From Squalus acanthias (taxonomy: Eukaryota), in assembly GCA_030390025.1 (NCBI GenBank), contig JASTWF010000034.1, forward strand, positions 2,232,001 to 2,296,000: 64,000 nt of DNA, read 5' to 3'. Numbering within the stretch: the first letter of the stretch is position 1; each line of letters starts with the position of its first letter. This document shows positions 1-13,216 of this stretch, in pieces. The notes beneath the pieces were generated by a model. It saw nothing but the letters and a program-made list of their open reading frames with translations. It had not been told where the DNA came from and did not search any database. Made by a program: the position numbers and the translations under genes.

Positions 1-1040
1 TCGTAATGGTCAACGGGTGTTTTTGTGACTGGAAGGTTGCTTCCAGCGGGGTTCCACAGGGCTCAGTACTAGGTCCCCTGCTATTTGTGGTATATATTAA
101 TGAATTAGACTTCAGTGTTGGGGCCATGATGAAGAAGGTTGCACATGATACAAAAATTGGCCGTGTGGTTGGTAGTGAGGAAGAAAGCTGTCGACTGCAA
201 GAAGATATCAATGGACTGGTCAGGTGAGCAGAACAGTGGCAAATGGACTTCATTTCGGAGAAGTGTGAGGTAATGCATTGGTGGCGGGCTAACAAAAAGG
301 GAATACACAATAAATGGCAGGATACTGAGAGGTGCAGTGGAACAGAGGGACCTTGGAGTACATTTCCACATATCTCTAAAACTATCAGGACATGTACATA
401 GGGTGGTTAAAAAGTAATGTGGGATACATTGCTTTATTAGTCGAAGCATAGAATATAAAAACAGGGAGTTTATGCTAGAACTGTATAAAACACCAATTAG
501 GCCACAGCTAGAATACTGCGTACAATTTTGGTCAAAATATTACAGGAAAGATGTGATTGCATTTGAGACATTATAGAGGAGATTTACGTGGATGTTGCCA
601 AGACTGGGGAATAGTTTGGGGTTCTTTACTTTGGAACAGAGGAGGCTGAGGGGAGATTTAATTGAGGTGTATAACATTATGAGGGGCCTAGATAGAGAGG
701 ATAGCAAGCACCTATTTCACCTGGCAGAGAGGTCAATAACCAAGGAGCATAGATTTAAAGTAATTGGTAGAAGGATTAGACGGGAGATGAGAATTTGTTT
801 CACCCAGAGGGCGGTGCGGGTCTGAAACTCAAGGCCTGAAATGGTGGTAGAGGCAGAAACCCTCATCACGTTTAAAACGTACATGGATATGCACTTGAAG
901 TGCCATCACCTACAGGATTAGGGACCAAGAGCTGGAAAGTGGGATTAAGCTGGAAAGCTCTATTTCGACCGGCGCAGATGCAATGGGCCAAATGGCCTCC
1001 TTCTGTGCCATAAATTTCGACGATTCTACAATTCTGTGAT
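1..1040 (+). mobile_element. CR1 LINE 3' fragment (degenerate RT to 3' tail)
   Basis: [19 protein letters not shown] and a decayed ADD motif (AHDTK); LEQRRLRGDLIEVY; short-repeat tail near 1015-1040; many stops. Confidence 0.9.
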
Positions 1041-1585
1041 GTTTAACCTTCGCTGATCTAAAAAGAACAATCCCAGCTTCTTCTGTCTCTCCACGTAATT
1101 GAAGATCCAGATCCCTGGTACCATTCTGGCAAATCTCCTCTACACCTTCTCTAATCCTTGACATGCTTGCCAAAGTGTGGTGCTCAGAATGGGACACAAT
1201 ACTCCAGCTGGGGTCTAACCAATGCTTTTTAAAAGGTTAACATTTCTACCTGGATTTTGTTACTCTGTGTCTCTCTTTATAAAGCCAAGGACTCCGTATG
1301 CTTTATTAACAGCCATCGCTACTTGTCCTGCCACCTTCAATGATTTGTGTAAGTACACACCAGGTCTCTCTGATCGTGCACCCGCTTTGAAATTGTACCG
1401 TTTAGTTGATATTGCCTCTGCTCACGCTTCCTACCAACATGTATCACTTCACCCTTCTCTGTGTTAAATTGTATCTGCCCATTTCACCAGTCTGTCTGCG
1501 ACCTCCTGAATTTCTTTTACTATCATTCTCACTGGTTATTAACATTTCCGAGTTTTCTGTCATTTTCAAACTTTGAAATCATGCG
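1040..1585 (-). mobile_element. CR1 LINE RT C-terminal fragment, decayed
   Basis: Minus-strand remnants of the LEYCVxFW and FxRMVPG blocks of CR1 ORF2. Confidence 0.75.
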
Positions 1586-2265
1586 CTGTCATAGAGTCAT
1601 CGATAGTTATAGTTATACAGCACAGAAAGGGGCCCTTCGGCCCATTGTGTCCGCGCCGGCCATCAAGCCCTATCTATTCTATTCCCATTTTCCAGCACTT
1701 GGTCCGTAGCCTTGTATGCTATGGCATTTCAAGTGCTCATCTCAATGCTTCTTGAATGCTGTGAGGGTTCCTGCCTCTACCACCGTTTCAGGCAGTGAGT
1801 TCCAGATTCCAACCACACTCTAGGTGAAATTTTTTTTCCTCAAATCCCCTCTAAACCTCCTGCCCCTTACCTTGAAACCATGTGCCCTGGTGATTGACCC
1901 CTCTACTAAGGGGGAAATTCCTTTCTATCTACCCTTTCTATTCCCCTCATAATTTTGTACACCTCAATCAGGTCCCCCTGCAGCCTTCTCTGCTCCAAGG
2001 AAAGCAACCCCAGCCTGTCCAGCCTCCCTTCATTACTGCAGCGCTCCAGCCCAGGTAACATCCTGGTGAATCTCCTCTGCACCCTCTCCAATGCAATCAC
2101 ATCCTTCCTATAGTGTTGAGATCAGAACTACACACCGTATTCCAGATGTGGCCTAACTAGCATTTTGTACATCTCCAACACAACCTCCCTGCTCTTATAT
2201 TCTATGCCTCGGCTAATGAAGGCAAGTATCCCATATGCCTTTTTAACCACCTTATCTCCCTGTCT

Positions 2266-3770
2266 TCCAAAATTCTAAACACTCTAGAACAGTTCCCATG
2301 GATTGGAGGGTAGCGAATATAACCCTACTATTTAAAAAAGGTGGGAGAGAGAAAACGGGGAATTATAGACTGGTAAGCCTGACATCGGTAGTGGGGGAAA
2401 TGCCAGAGTCCATTATAAAATATGTAATAGCAAAGCACTTGGAAACCAGTGACAGGATCGGACAAAGTCAACATGGATTTACAAAAGGTAAATCATGCTT
2501 GACTAATCGAGTGGAATTTTTGAGGATGTAACTGTTAAAATAGATAAGGGAGAACCAGTGGATGTGGTGTATTTGGACTTTAAGAAGGCTTTCGATAAGG
2601 TCCCGCATAAGAGATTGGCGTGGAAAGTTAAAGCACATGGGATTGGGGGTAAGGTACTGACTTGTATAGAAAACTGGTTGACAGACAGGAAGCAGAGAGT
2701 TGGAATAAACAGGTCTTTTTCCGAGTGGCAGGCAGTGACTAGTGGGCTACCGCGAGTATCAGTGCTAGGACCCCAGTTATTCACAATATATATTAATGAT
2801 CTAGATGAGGGAACTAGATGCAATATCTCCAAGTTTGCAGATGACACAAAGCTGGGTGGGTGTGTGTGCCGTGAGGAGGATGCCGAGAAACTCCAGGATG
2901 ATTTGGACAGGTTGGGTGATTGGTCAGATGCATGGCAGATGCAATACAAGTGGATAAATGCGTGGTTATCCACTTTGGTGGCAAAAACAGGAAGGCAGAT
3001 TATTATCTGAACGGCAATAGATTGGGAAAAGGGGAAGGGCGACGATCCTGGGAGTCCTTGTGCACCAGTCGTTGAAGGTAAGCATGCAGGTGCAGCAGGC
3101 GGTTAAGAAGGCAAATGGTATGTTGGCCTTCATAGCGAGAGGATTCGAGTACAGGAGCAAGGAGGTCTTGCTGCAGTTGTACAGAGCCTTGGTGAGACCA
3201 CAACTTGAGTATTGTGTGCAGTTTTGGTCGCCTTATCTGAGGAAGGATGTTCTTGCCATGGAGGGAGTGCAGCGAAGATTTACCAGACTGATACCTGGGA
3301 TGGCAGGAATGACGTATGAAGAGATATTGGATCGATTGGGATTATACTCGCTGGAGTTTATAAGAATGAGAGGGGAACTCACTGAAACTTATAAAATTCT
3401 AACAGGACTAGACAGACTAGATGCAGGAAGGATGTTCCCGATGGCGGGGGAGTCCAGAACCAGGGGTCACAGTCTAAGGATAAGGGGTAAGCCATTGAGG
3501 ACTGAGATGAGGAGGAATTTCTTCACCCAGAGAGTGGTGAACCTGTGAAATTCTCTACCACAGAAGGCAGTAGAGGCCAATTCATTAAATATATTCAAGA
3601 AGGTGTTAGATATATTTCTTAAGGCTAAAGAGATCAAGGATATGGGGAGAAAGCAGGGACAGGGTACCGAATTTGGATGATCAGCCATGATCTCATTAAA
3701 TGGCGGAGCAGGCTTGAGGGGCTGAATGGCCTACTCCTGCTCCTATCTGCTATATTTCTATGTTTCTATG
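2266..3770 (+). mobile_element. 5'-truncated CR1 LINE (RT + 3' tail) inserted in the minus-strand CR1
   Basis: ORFs 2298-2531, 2558-3010 (FADDTK) and 3060-3548; terminal hairpin and TATTTCTATGTTTCTATG tail. Confidence 0.9.
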
Positions 3771-3931
3771 TCCTGCTGTCTTCAGGGATCTATGTACATG
3801 CACACCAAGGTCCCTCTGGTCCTCTGTCCTTCCTAGGGTCTTAACATTCATTGCGTATTTCCTTGCCTTGTTAGTCCTCCCAAAATGCATCACCTCACAC
3901 TTTTCCGGGTTAAATTCAGTTTGCCCCTGTT

Positions 3932-5462
3932 TGCGATTCAAAACGTGATGCGGGCAAGAGGAAACAGCTGATTGTGAGTGAGTGCAGCCAGGTGAGTATT
4001 TACACGACTCCATAGTTTGACAGTTAAGGTTAATAGTTTATAAAGTTTAGAAGGTCTTAATTTTGTGGCTATAGTTTCTAAGGTCTCAGTTGTGTAGCGG
4101 GGAGTGCTAGTAAACAATGGCCCTTGACTTTATCATTTAATTGCAGTGTAATTTGTAGCATTGATTTGATTTAATTTAACTTAAATTATTTAAAGGTAAG
4201 TCATGTCAGCACAGCTCGGCCCCGTGGTATGCTCCTCCTGTAGTTTGTGGGCAATCAGGGACACTTCCTGTGTCCCTGACGACCATGTGTGCGGGAAGTG
4301 AATCCAGCTGCAGCTGCTGGCAGACCGCATTGCGGCGCTGAAGCTGCGAATGGATACATACTGGAGCATTCGCGATGCTGAGGACATGGTGGATATCACG
4401 TTTAATGAGATGGTTACACCGCAGGTAAACGCTGCACAGGAAGGAAGGGAATGGGTGACCGCCAGGCAGAGTAGTAGGCGCAGGCAGGTAGTGCAGTGGT
4501 CCCCTGTGGCCATACCCCTCTCAAACAGATATACCGCTTTGGAGATTGTTGAGGAGGATGGCTTATCGGGGGAAGACAGCTGCAGCCAACTTCCTGGCAC
4601 CATGGGTGGTTCTGCTCCACAGGACGGGAGGAAAAAGAGCGGGAGAGCTACAGTGATAGGGGATTCTATTGTAAGGGGAATAGATCGGCGTTTCTGCGGC
4701 CGCAAACGAGACTCCAGGATGGTATGTTGCCTCCCTGGTGCAAGGGTCAAGCATGTCTCGGAGCGGCTGCAGTGTATTCTGGATGGGGAGGGTGAACAGC
4801 CAGTTGTCGTGGTGCATATAGGTACCAACGACATAGGTAAAAAACGGGATGAGGTCCTAAAAGCTGAATATAGGGAGTTAAGAGGTAAATTATAAAATAG
4901 GACCTCAATCTCAGGATTGCTACCAGTGCCACGGAATAGTCAGAGTAGAAATAGAAGGATATTTCAGCTGAGTACGTGGCTGGAAGAATGATGCAAGGAG
5001 GAGGGATTCAAATTCCTGGGACATTGGAAACGGTTCTGGGGGAGGTGGGACCAGTACAAACTGGAAAGTTTGCACCTGGGCAGGACCGGGACCGATGTCC
5101 TAGGGGGAGTGCTTGCTAGTGCTGTTGAGGAGGGTTTAAACTAAAATGGCAGGGGGTTGGCAACCTGTGCAGGGAGACAGAGGAAATGGAAGCAAGGATA
5201 GAAGCAAAAGACAGGAAGGAGAAAAGCAAAAGTGGAAGTCAGAGAAAGCAAGGGTGTAAATCAAACATGCCCACAGTAAACAATAATTCTAAAAGGTCTA
5301 AGAGTGATAAGTAAACAAGCCTGAAGGCTTTGTGTCTTAATGCGAGGAGCATTCGTAATAAGGTGGATGAATTAGCTGCTCAAATAGATGTATTGAATAT
5401 CGGAGCAGGCTCGAGGGGCCGAATGGACTACTCCTGCTCCTATCTTCTATGTTTCTATGTTC
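3932..5462 (+). mobile_element. Internally deleted CR1: 5'UTR + ORF1 + start of ORF2 fused directly to the 3' tail
   Basis: ORF1 from ~4203 (CSSC..HVCGK, GDSIVRG, HIGTND); ORF2 start LCLNARSIRNKVDEL near 5330-5390; then GGAGCAGGCTCGAGGGGCCGAATGG..CTATGTTTCTATGTT tail at 5400-5462. Confidence 0.85.
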
Positions 5463-8400
5463 TGCCTATCTAACCAAACCGTCTATATCGTCCTGTAGCC
5501 TGAGGCGTTCGTCCTCGCTTTTTACCACTCCACCAATTTTCGTGTCATCTGCGAACTTGCTGATCATACCTCCTACATTCATATCTGAATCATTAATGTA
5601 CATTACAAACAGCAAAGATCCCAGCACCGATCCCTGCGGTACACCACTGGACCCAGGCATCAAGTCACAAAAACATCCTTCGACCATCACACTCTGCCTC
5701 CTGCCACTAAACCAATTTTGGATCCAATGTGCCAAATTGCCCTGGATCCCATGGGCTCTTACCTTCTTGACCAGTCTCCCATGTGGGACGTTGTCAAAAG
5801 CCTTACTGAAGACCATGTAGACGACATCAACTGCACTACCCTCATCCAGAAACCTGGTCACTTCAATCAAATTGCTTAGAACTGATCTCCCCCTTCCAAA
5901 GCCATGCTGACTATCCTTGATCAATCCTTGCCTCTTAAAGTGTAGACTAACTCTGTCCCTCTGAATTTTTTCCAAGAATTTCCCTACCACTGATGTTAGG
6001 CTCAATGGCCTGTAATTCCCTCGTTTATCCCTACTAACCTTCTTGAACAATGGTACTATGTTAGCTGTTCTCCAGTCATCTGGCACCTCCCCTGTGGTCA
6101 GAGAGGTTCTGAAAATTTATGTCAGAGCCCCTGCAGTCTCCTCCCTTGCCTCACACTGCAGCCTGGTATACATCTCGTCTGGTCCTGGGGATTTATCCAC
6201 TTTTATGCCCGCTAAAACCGCAATACCTCCTCCCTCTCAATACTAATTTATTCAAGTATACCACAATCGCCTTGCCTGATTTCTATGCCTACATCGTCCA
6301 TCTCCATAGTGAACACAGATGCAAAATATTCATTTAAAACCTCACCCACATCTTCTGGCTCTACACACAGATTACCACTTTGGTCCCTAATGGGCCCTAC
6401 TCTTTCCCTGGTTATCCTCTTGCCCTTAATATACTTATAAAACACCTTGGGATTTTCCTTTTTTTTGCCCGCCAGTGTTTTTTTTCATGCCCCCTCTTCG
6501 CTCTCCTCATTTCTTTTTTAAGTACCCCCCTGCACTTTCTATACTCCTCCAGGGCTTCCACTGTTTCTAGTCCTTTGTATCTGCCAAAAGCCTCTCTTTC
6601 TTTCCCAATCCATTCTTGTATATCCCTTGACATCCAGGATTCCCTGGGCTTGTTGGTCCCAACCTTGACTTTTACGGGAACATGTTGGTGTTGTACTCTC
6701 TCTATTTCCTTTCTGAAAGAGTACCACTGCTCTGATGTGGATTTTCCTACAAGTAGCTGATCCTAGTCCACTTTGACCAGATCCTGCCTTATCATATTAA
6801 AATTGGACTTCCCCCAATTTAGAACCATTATTCCGGTCCATCTTTGTCCTTTTCAATGACTACCTTAAATCTCACCGAATTATGGTCACTGTCACCAAAA
6901 TGATCTCCTACTAACGCTTCTACCACTTGCATGGCTACATTCCCTAGAATTAGGTCCAGAACTGCCCCCTCTCTTTTAGCACTTTCTATATGTTGGTTCA
7001 AAAAGCTCTCGTGGATGCACTTTAAGAATTCCGCACCCTCTAAGCCTTTCACACTCTGACTATCCCAGTTAATATTGGGGAAGTTGAAATCCCCTACTAT
7101 TATTACCCTATTATTTAGACACTTCTCTGAGATTTGCCTACATATCTGTTCTTCTATCTCCCCCTGACTGTTTGGGGCCCTGTAGTACACTCCCAGCAAA
7201 GTGCTTGCCCACTTTTTGGTTTTAAGTTCCACCCATATGGCCTCCTTAGAGGAACCTGCTAAGATATCATCCCTCGTTACTGCAGTAATTGACTCCTTGA
7301 TTAATATTGAGACACCCCCTCCTCTTTTACACCCCCTCTGTCTCGCCTGAAGATTCTATACCACGGAATATTGAGCTGCCTGTCCTGCCCCTCCCTCAAC
7401 CATGTATCTGTGATAGCAACAATATCATATCCCATGTGTTCATCAACACCTTCAATTCATCTGCCTTACTCGCAAGGCTCCTTGCATTAAAATAAATGCC
7501 CACCAGGCTTGCCTTACATTCTTGTGCCGTTACATATTTGCTCTGCCTTCCAGGCTGACTTGTTTTTTCCTCTATATTTGGCTGTGCATCACCCCCTACT
7601 ATAGCTCCACTCCGTATCCCATCCCTCTGCCAAGTTAGTTTAAACCGCACCCCGCCCCCAACCCCGCCCGCCAACAGCACTAGCAAACCTCCCCAGAAGG
7701 ATGTTGATCCCGTTCCGGTTCAGGTGCAACCCGTCCAAATTGTACAGGTCCCACTTTCCCCAGAAGCAGACCCAGTGATCCAGGAAACGAAAGCCCTCCC
7801 TCCTGCACCAACTCTTTAGCCACGCATTCATCTGCTCTATCCTCCTATTCCTATAATCACTAGCAAGTGGCACCGGGAGTGAAACAGAGATTACAACCTT
7901 TGAGGTCCTGCTTTTTAATCTGCTACCTAGCTCCCTAAATTCTTGTTGCAGGACCTCATCCCTCTTTTTACCCATGTCGTTAGTACCAATGTGGATTACG
8001 ACCGCTGACTGTTCGCCCTCCCCCTTCAGAATACCCTGCAGCCGTTCAGTGACATCCTTGAACCTGGCACCAGGGATGCAACATACCATCCTGGAGTCAC
8101 GTCTGCGGCCACAGAAACGTCTATCTGTTCCCCTTACGATAGAATCCCCTGTCACTATTGCTCTCCCACTCTTTCCCCCCCACGCCTCCTGTGGTGCTGA
8201 GCCACTCGTAGTGCCATGGACTTGGCTCTTGCTGCATTCCCCTGAGAAACCCTCTCCCCCATCAGTATCCAAAATGGAAAATCTGTTGGAGAGGGAGATG
8301 GACCTTGGGGACTCCTGCACTTCCTTCCTAGTTGTTTTACACTGTCTGGCGGTCATCTATTTCCTATCTGCCTGTGCACTCTTTACCTGCGCTGTGACCA

Positions 8401-8870
8401 CCTCGTTAAATGTTCTATCCACGAAGATCTCAGCTTCGCGGATGCTCCACAGTGACTCCAGTCGCAGCTCCAGCTCCGAAACGCGGTTTTCGAGTAGCTG
8501 CAGCTGGAGACACTTCCTGCACATGTGTCCGCCCTGGACACCTAAAGTGTCCCTGACTTCCAACATAGCACAGAAGGAGCACTCCACACTGCCGAGCTGC
8601 CCTGCTATATCCTACCAATAATTTACTCCCTTTAAATTAAAGAATATTAAATACACTAGGTACCTTACTTCCCTTTAAGCACTACTTGCTCTAAACTCGA
8701 GACCTTACTTTTACTTTAACGACTGGACTGTAGAAATACTGACCGGGTCTTGGAAGCTGACAAAGACAGAAAAAGAAAGGAACACATCACTCCCTGAACT
8801 CCCTCACTCACCAAACTCGCAGCTTAACACTCGGTTCCAAGCTGCACTCCATGACAAAGTGCACTCAAGC

Positions 8871-10120
8871 CAGTACTGAGGGAGTGCTGCATTGTTGGAG
8901 GGGCAGTACTGAGGGAGTGCATCTATGTCAGAGGGGCAGTACTGAGGGAGCGCATCACTGTCAGAGGGGCAGTACTGAGGGAGCGCAACACTGTCAGAGG
9001 GACAGTACTGAGGGAGCGCATCACTGTCAGAGGGGCAGTACTGAGGGAGCGCATCACTGTCAGAGGGGCAGTACTGAGGGAGCGCATCACTGTCAGAGGG
9101 GCAGTACTGAGGGAGCGCATCACTGTCAGAGTTGCAGTACTGAGGGAGCACTGCCCTGTCAGAGGGGCAGTACTGAGGGAGCGCCGCACTGTCAGAGGGG
9201 CTGTACTGAGGGAGCGCATCACTGTCAGAGGGGCAATACTGAGGGAGCACATCTCTGTCAGAGGGTCAGTACTGAGGGAGCGCATCACTGTCAGAGGGGC
9301 AGTAATGAGGGAGCACTGCCCTGTCAGAGGGGCAGTACTGAGGGAGCACTGCACTGTCAGAGGGGCAGTACTGAGGGAGCACTGCACTGTCAGAGGGGCA
9401 GTACTGAGGGAGCACTGCACTGTCAGAGGGGCAGTACTGAGGGAGCACTGCACTGTCAGAGGGGCAGTACTAAGGGAGCGCATCACTGTCAGAGGGGCAG
9501 TACTGAGGGAGCACTGCACTGTCAGAGGGGCAGTACTGAGGGAGCGCTGCACTTTCAGAGGGGCAGTACTGAGGGAGCACTGCACTGTCACATGGACAGT
9601 ACTGAGGGAGCACTGCACTGTCAGAGGGGCAGTACTGAGGGAGCACTGCCCTGTCAGAGGGGCAGTACTGAGGGAGCGCCGCACTGTCAGAGGGGCTGTA
9701 CTGAGGGAGCGCATCACAGTCAGAGGGGCAATACTGAGGGAGCACATCTCTGTCAGAGGGTTAGTACTGAGGGAGCGCATCACTGTCAGAGTGGCAGTAC
9801 TGAGGGAGCACTGCCCTGTCAGAGGGGCAGTACTGAGGGAGCACTGCACTGTCAGAGGGACAGTACTGAGGGAGCATTGCACTGTCAGAGGGGCAGTACT
9901 GAGGGAGCACTGCACTGTCAGAGGGGCAGTACTGAGGGAGCGCTGCACTGTCAGAGGGGCAGTACTGAGGGAGCACTGCACTGTCAGATGGACAGTACTG
10001 AGGGAGCACTGCACTGTCAGAGGGGCAGTACTGAGGGAGCACTGCACTGTCAGAGGGGCAGTACTGAGGGAGCACTGCACTGTGAGAGGGGCAGTACTGA
10101 GGGAGCACTGCACTGTCAGA
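8871..10120 (+). repeat. 33-bp minisatellite (CAGTACTGAGGGAGCACTGCACTGTCAGAGGGG), about 38 units
   Basis: Direct tandem periodicity; 11-aa periodic ORFs in several frames. Confidence 0.97.
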
Positions 10121-10129
10121 TAGGTAGGT

Positions 10130-10615
10130 TGGTGAGGACGTGGTCAAGCAGGCTATTCTCTCATCTTGGGTCTCCCACCACCTGCCGCAATCCCAGTCTG
10201 GCAGCTGTGTTCTTCAGGACTCGGTTAATGATGGTACTTCCGAGCCACTCTTGGTGATGGACATTGAAGTTTCCCCCTCCCGACCCAGAGTATAATTTGC
10301 GCCTTTTCTGCTCTCGGTGCTCCCATCAACTGTTGTTCAGCATGACGATGTGCCGATTCATCAGCTGAGGGAGGGCGGTAGGTGGTAATCGGCAGGAAGT
10401 TATCTTGCCCATATCTGACTGGAAGCCATCAGACTTCATTATATCCTCAGGCAATGTTGAGGACTCGCAGGGTTTCTCCCTCCCGATTGTATACACCTGT
10501 GTCCCCACCTCTGGTGGGTCTGTGCAGACCCTGGAATGGTGATGGAGGGTTTGAGAATGTTGACTGACAGGTATGGTTCTGTGAGTATGATTATGCGAGA
10601 ATTTAATATTTCCAC
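10130..10615 (-). mobile_element. Decayed APE endonuclease fragment of a second non-LTR retrotransposon family
   Basis: Minus-strand translation gives IILTEPYL, ITTYRPPSADES and FNVHHQEWLGS-like motifs with frameshifts. Confidence 0.7.
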
Positions 10616-10819
10616 AGAGTTTCCTGGAGTATTGAGGTGCATACAGCATATTTATCTCATTGGTTAATATTTTAAGTGTTTTTCCTTTGATCCCTTCGTT
10701 TTAATCCTTTGCTCCTTTTAATTATTCTTCCCCTCGGTCAAACACGATGACATGTTTGTCTGGGTAAGGTCATTTTTCTTCTTCTTCTTCCATTTTCAGG
10801 CAAAAGAGAAATGAACTGA

Positions 10820-12907
10820 GAATGAAATTCCTGGACTGAGGTGGGAGCAGTGTAATCTAGCCGGCCCTGGAAATCACATTCCTGGACTGAGGTGGGAGCA
10901 GTGTAATCTAGGCAGCCCTGGGAATGAAATTCCTGGATTGAGGTGGGAGCAGTGGAATCTAGGCAGCCCTGGGAATGAAATTCTTGGATTGAGGTGGGAC
11001 CAGTGTAATCTAGGCTGTGCCTGGGAATGAAATTCCTGGACTGAGGTGGGAGCAGTGTAATCTAGGCTGTCCTGGGAATGAAATTCCTGGACTGAGGTGG
11101 GAGCAGTGCAATCTAGGCTGTGCCTGGGAATGAAATTCCTGGATTGAGGTGGGAGCAGTGTAATCCAGGCTGTGCCTGGGAATGAAATTCCTGGACTAAG
11201 GTGGGAGCAGTGTAATCTAGGCTGTCCTGGGAATGAAATTCCTGGACTGAGGTGGGAGCAGTGTAATCTCGGCTGTGCCTGGGAATGAAATTCCTGGACT
11301 GAGGTGGGAGCAGTGTAATCTAGGCGGCCCTGGGAATGAAATTCCTGGACTGAGGTGGGAGCAGTGTAATCCAGGCTGTGCCTGGGAATTAAATTCCTGG
11401 ACTGAGGTGGGAGCAGTGTAATCCAGGCTGTCCTGGGAATTAAATTCCTGGATTGAGGCGGGAGCAGTGTAATCTAGGCTGTCCTGGGAATGAAATTCCT
11501 GGATTGAGGTGGGAGCAGTGTAATCTAGGCTGTCCTGGGAATTAAATTACTGGATTGAGGTGGGAGCAGTGTAATCTAGGCTGTCCTGGGAATGAAATTC
11601 CTGGTTTGAGGTGGGAGCAGTGTAATCCAGGCTGTGCCTGGGAATTAAATTCCTGGACTGAGGTGGGAGCAGTGTAATCCAGGCTGTCCTGGGAATGAAA
11701 TTCCTGGACTGAGGTGGGAGCAGTGTAATCTAGGCTGTCCTGGGAATTAAATTCCTGGATTGAGGCGGGAGCAGTGTAATCTAGGCTGTCCTGGGAATGA
11801 AATTCCTGGATTGAGGTGGGAGCAGTGTAATCTAGGCTGTCCTGGGAATTAAATTACTGGATTGAGGTGGGAGCAGTGTAATCTAGGCTGTCCTGGGAAT
11901 GAAATTCCTGGTTTGAGGTGGGAGCAGTGTAATCTAGGCTGTCCTGGGAATGAAATTCCTGGATTGAGGTCGGAGCAGTGTAATCTGGGCTGTCCTGGGA
12001 ATGAAATTCCTGGATTGAGGTGGGAGCAGTGTAATCTAGGCAGCCCTGGGAATGAAATTCCTGGATTGAGGTGGGCGCAGTGTAATCTAGGCTATCCCTG
12101 TGAATGAAATTCCTGGACTGAGGTGGGAGCAGTGTAATCTCGGCTGTGCCTGGGAATGAAATTCCTGGACTGAGGCGGGAGCTGTTTAATGTAGGCGGCC
12201 CTGGGAATGAAATTCCTGGTCTGAGGTGGGAGCAGTGTAATCCAGGCTGTGCCTGGGAATTAAATTCCTGGACTGAGGTGGGAGCAGTGTAATCTAGGCT
12301 GTCCTGGGAATGAAATTCCTGGACTGAGGTGGGAGCAGTGTAATCTAGGCTGTCCTGGGAATTAAATTCCTGGATTGAGGCAGGAGCAGTGTAATCTAGG
12401 CTGTCCTGGGAATGAAATTCCTGGATTGAGGTGGGAGCAGTGTAATCTGGGCTGTCCTGGGAATGAAATTCCTGGATTGAGGTGGGAGCAGTGTAATCGA
12501 GGCAGCCCTGGGAATGAAATTCCTGGATTGAGGTGGGATCAGTGTAATCTAGGCTATCCCTGTGAATGAAATTCCTGGAATGAGGTGGGAGCAGTGTAAT
12601 CTAGGCTGTGCCTGGGAATGAAATTCCTGGATTGAGGTGGGAGCAGTGTAATGTAGGCAGCCCTGGGAATCACATTCCTGGATTGAGTCGGGAGCAGTGT
12701 AATGTAGGCAGCCCTGGGAATCACATTCCTGGATTGAGGCGGGAGCAGTGTAATCTAGGCTGTGCCTGGGAATGAAATTCCTGGATTGAGTTGGGAGCAG
12801 TGTAATCTAGGCTGTCCTGGGAATCACATTCCTGGATTGAGGCGGGAGCAGTGTAATCTAGGCAGCCCTGGGAATCACATTCCTGGATTGAGGTGGGAGC
12901 AGTGTAA
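10820..12907 (+). repeat. 51/52-bp minisatellite (GGGAATGAAATTCCTGGACTGAGGTGGGAGCAGTGTAATCTAGGCTGTCCT), about 40 units
   Basis: Direct tandem periodicity; 17-aa periodic ORFs. Confidence 0.97.
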
Positions 12908-12909
12908 TG

Positions 12910-13213
12910 GTACCTCTATTGTTTCTTAACTCTAACCAAATAGATTCTGTCCTTGATCCCTCGAAGACATCCTCTTTCTCCAGCACTAATATTCTCCTTA
13001 ATCAATACTGCTAATCCACCTCCTTTCTTTCTTTCCCTATCTTTCCCGAACATCTTATATCCAGGAATATTTAGTACCCAATCCTGCCCTTTTTGAGCCA
13101 GGTCTCTATTATCGCCACAACATCATTTTCCTATGTGGCTATTTGCTCCTGCAGCTCACCTACTTATTGACCACGCTTCGTGCGTTTACACACATGCACT
13201 GTAAACCCATCTG
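12910..13213 (-). mobile_element. CR1 ORF2 endonuclease N-terminal fragment
   Basis: Minus strand reads CVNARSVVNK, VVAIIETWLK, LNIPGY and ESIWLELRN-like motifs. Confidence 0.75.
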
Positions 13214-13216
13214 ACA

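Larger units (their letters stand above)
1588..8860 (-). mobile_element. Near full-length CR1 LINE (ORF1 zinc finger + SGNH esterase; ORF2 APE endonuclease + RT), split by two younger insertions
   Basis: ORF1 at ~8604-7640 (CSFC..HMCRKC, GDSIVRG, HIGTND, DGLHL); endonuclease at 7232-6828 (YRAPNS, GDFNFP, SDH); RT at 6086-5466 (FADDTK). ORF2 continues collinearly at 3930-3770 (FNPEKCEVMHFG) and 2265-1588 (LERVQRRFTR, 3' tail). Confidence 0.85.

Noticed and set aside
8851..10257. 468-aa Cys/His-rich repetitive ORF and overlapping long ORFs
   Set aside because: The 33-bp unit is a multiple of 3 and stop-free in several frames on both strands; it derives from a SINE and has no gene context.
10820..12907. 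CRISPR-like array
   Set aside because: Head-to-tail units with no unique spacers and no cas genes; eukaryotic context.
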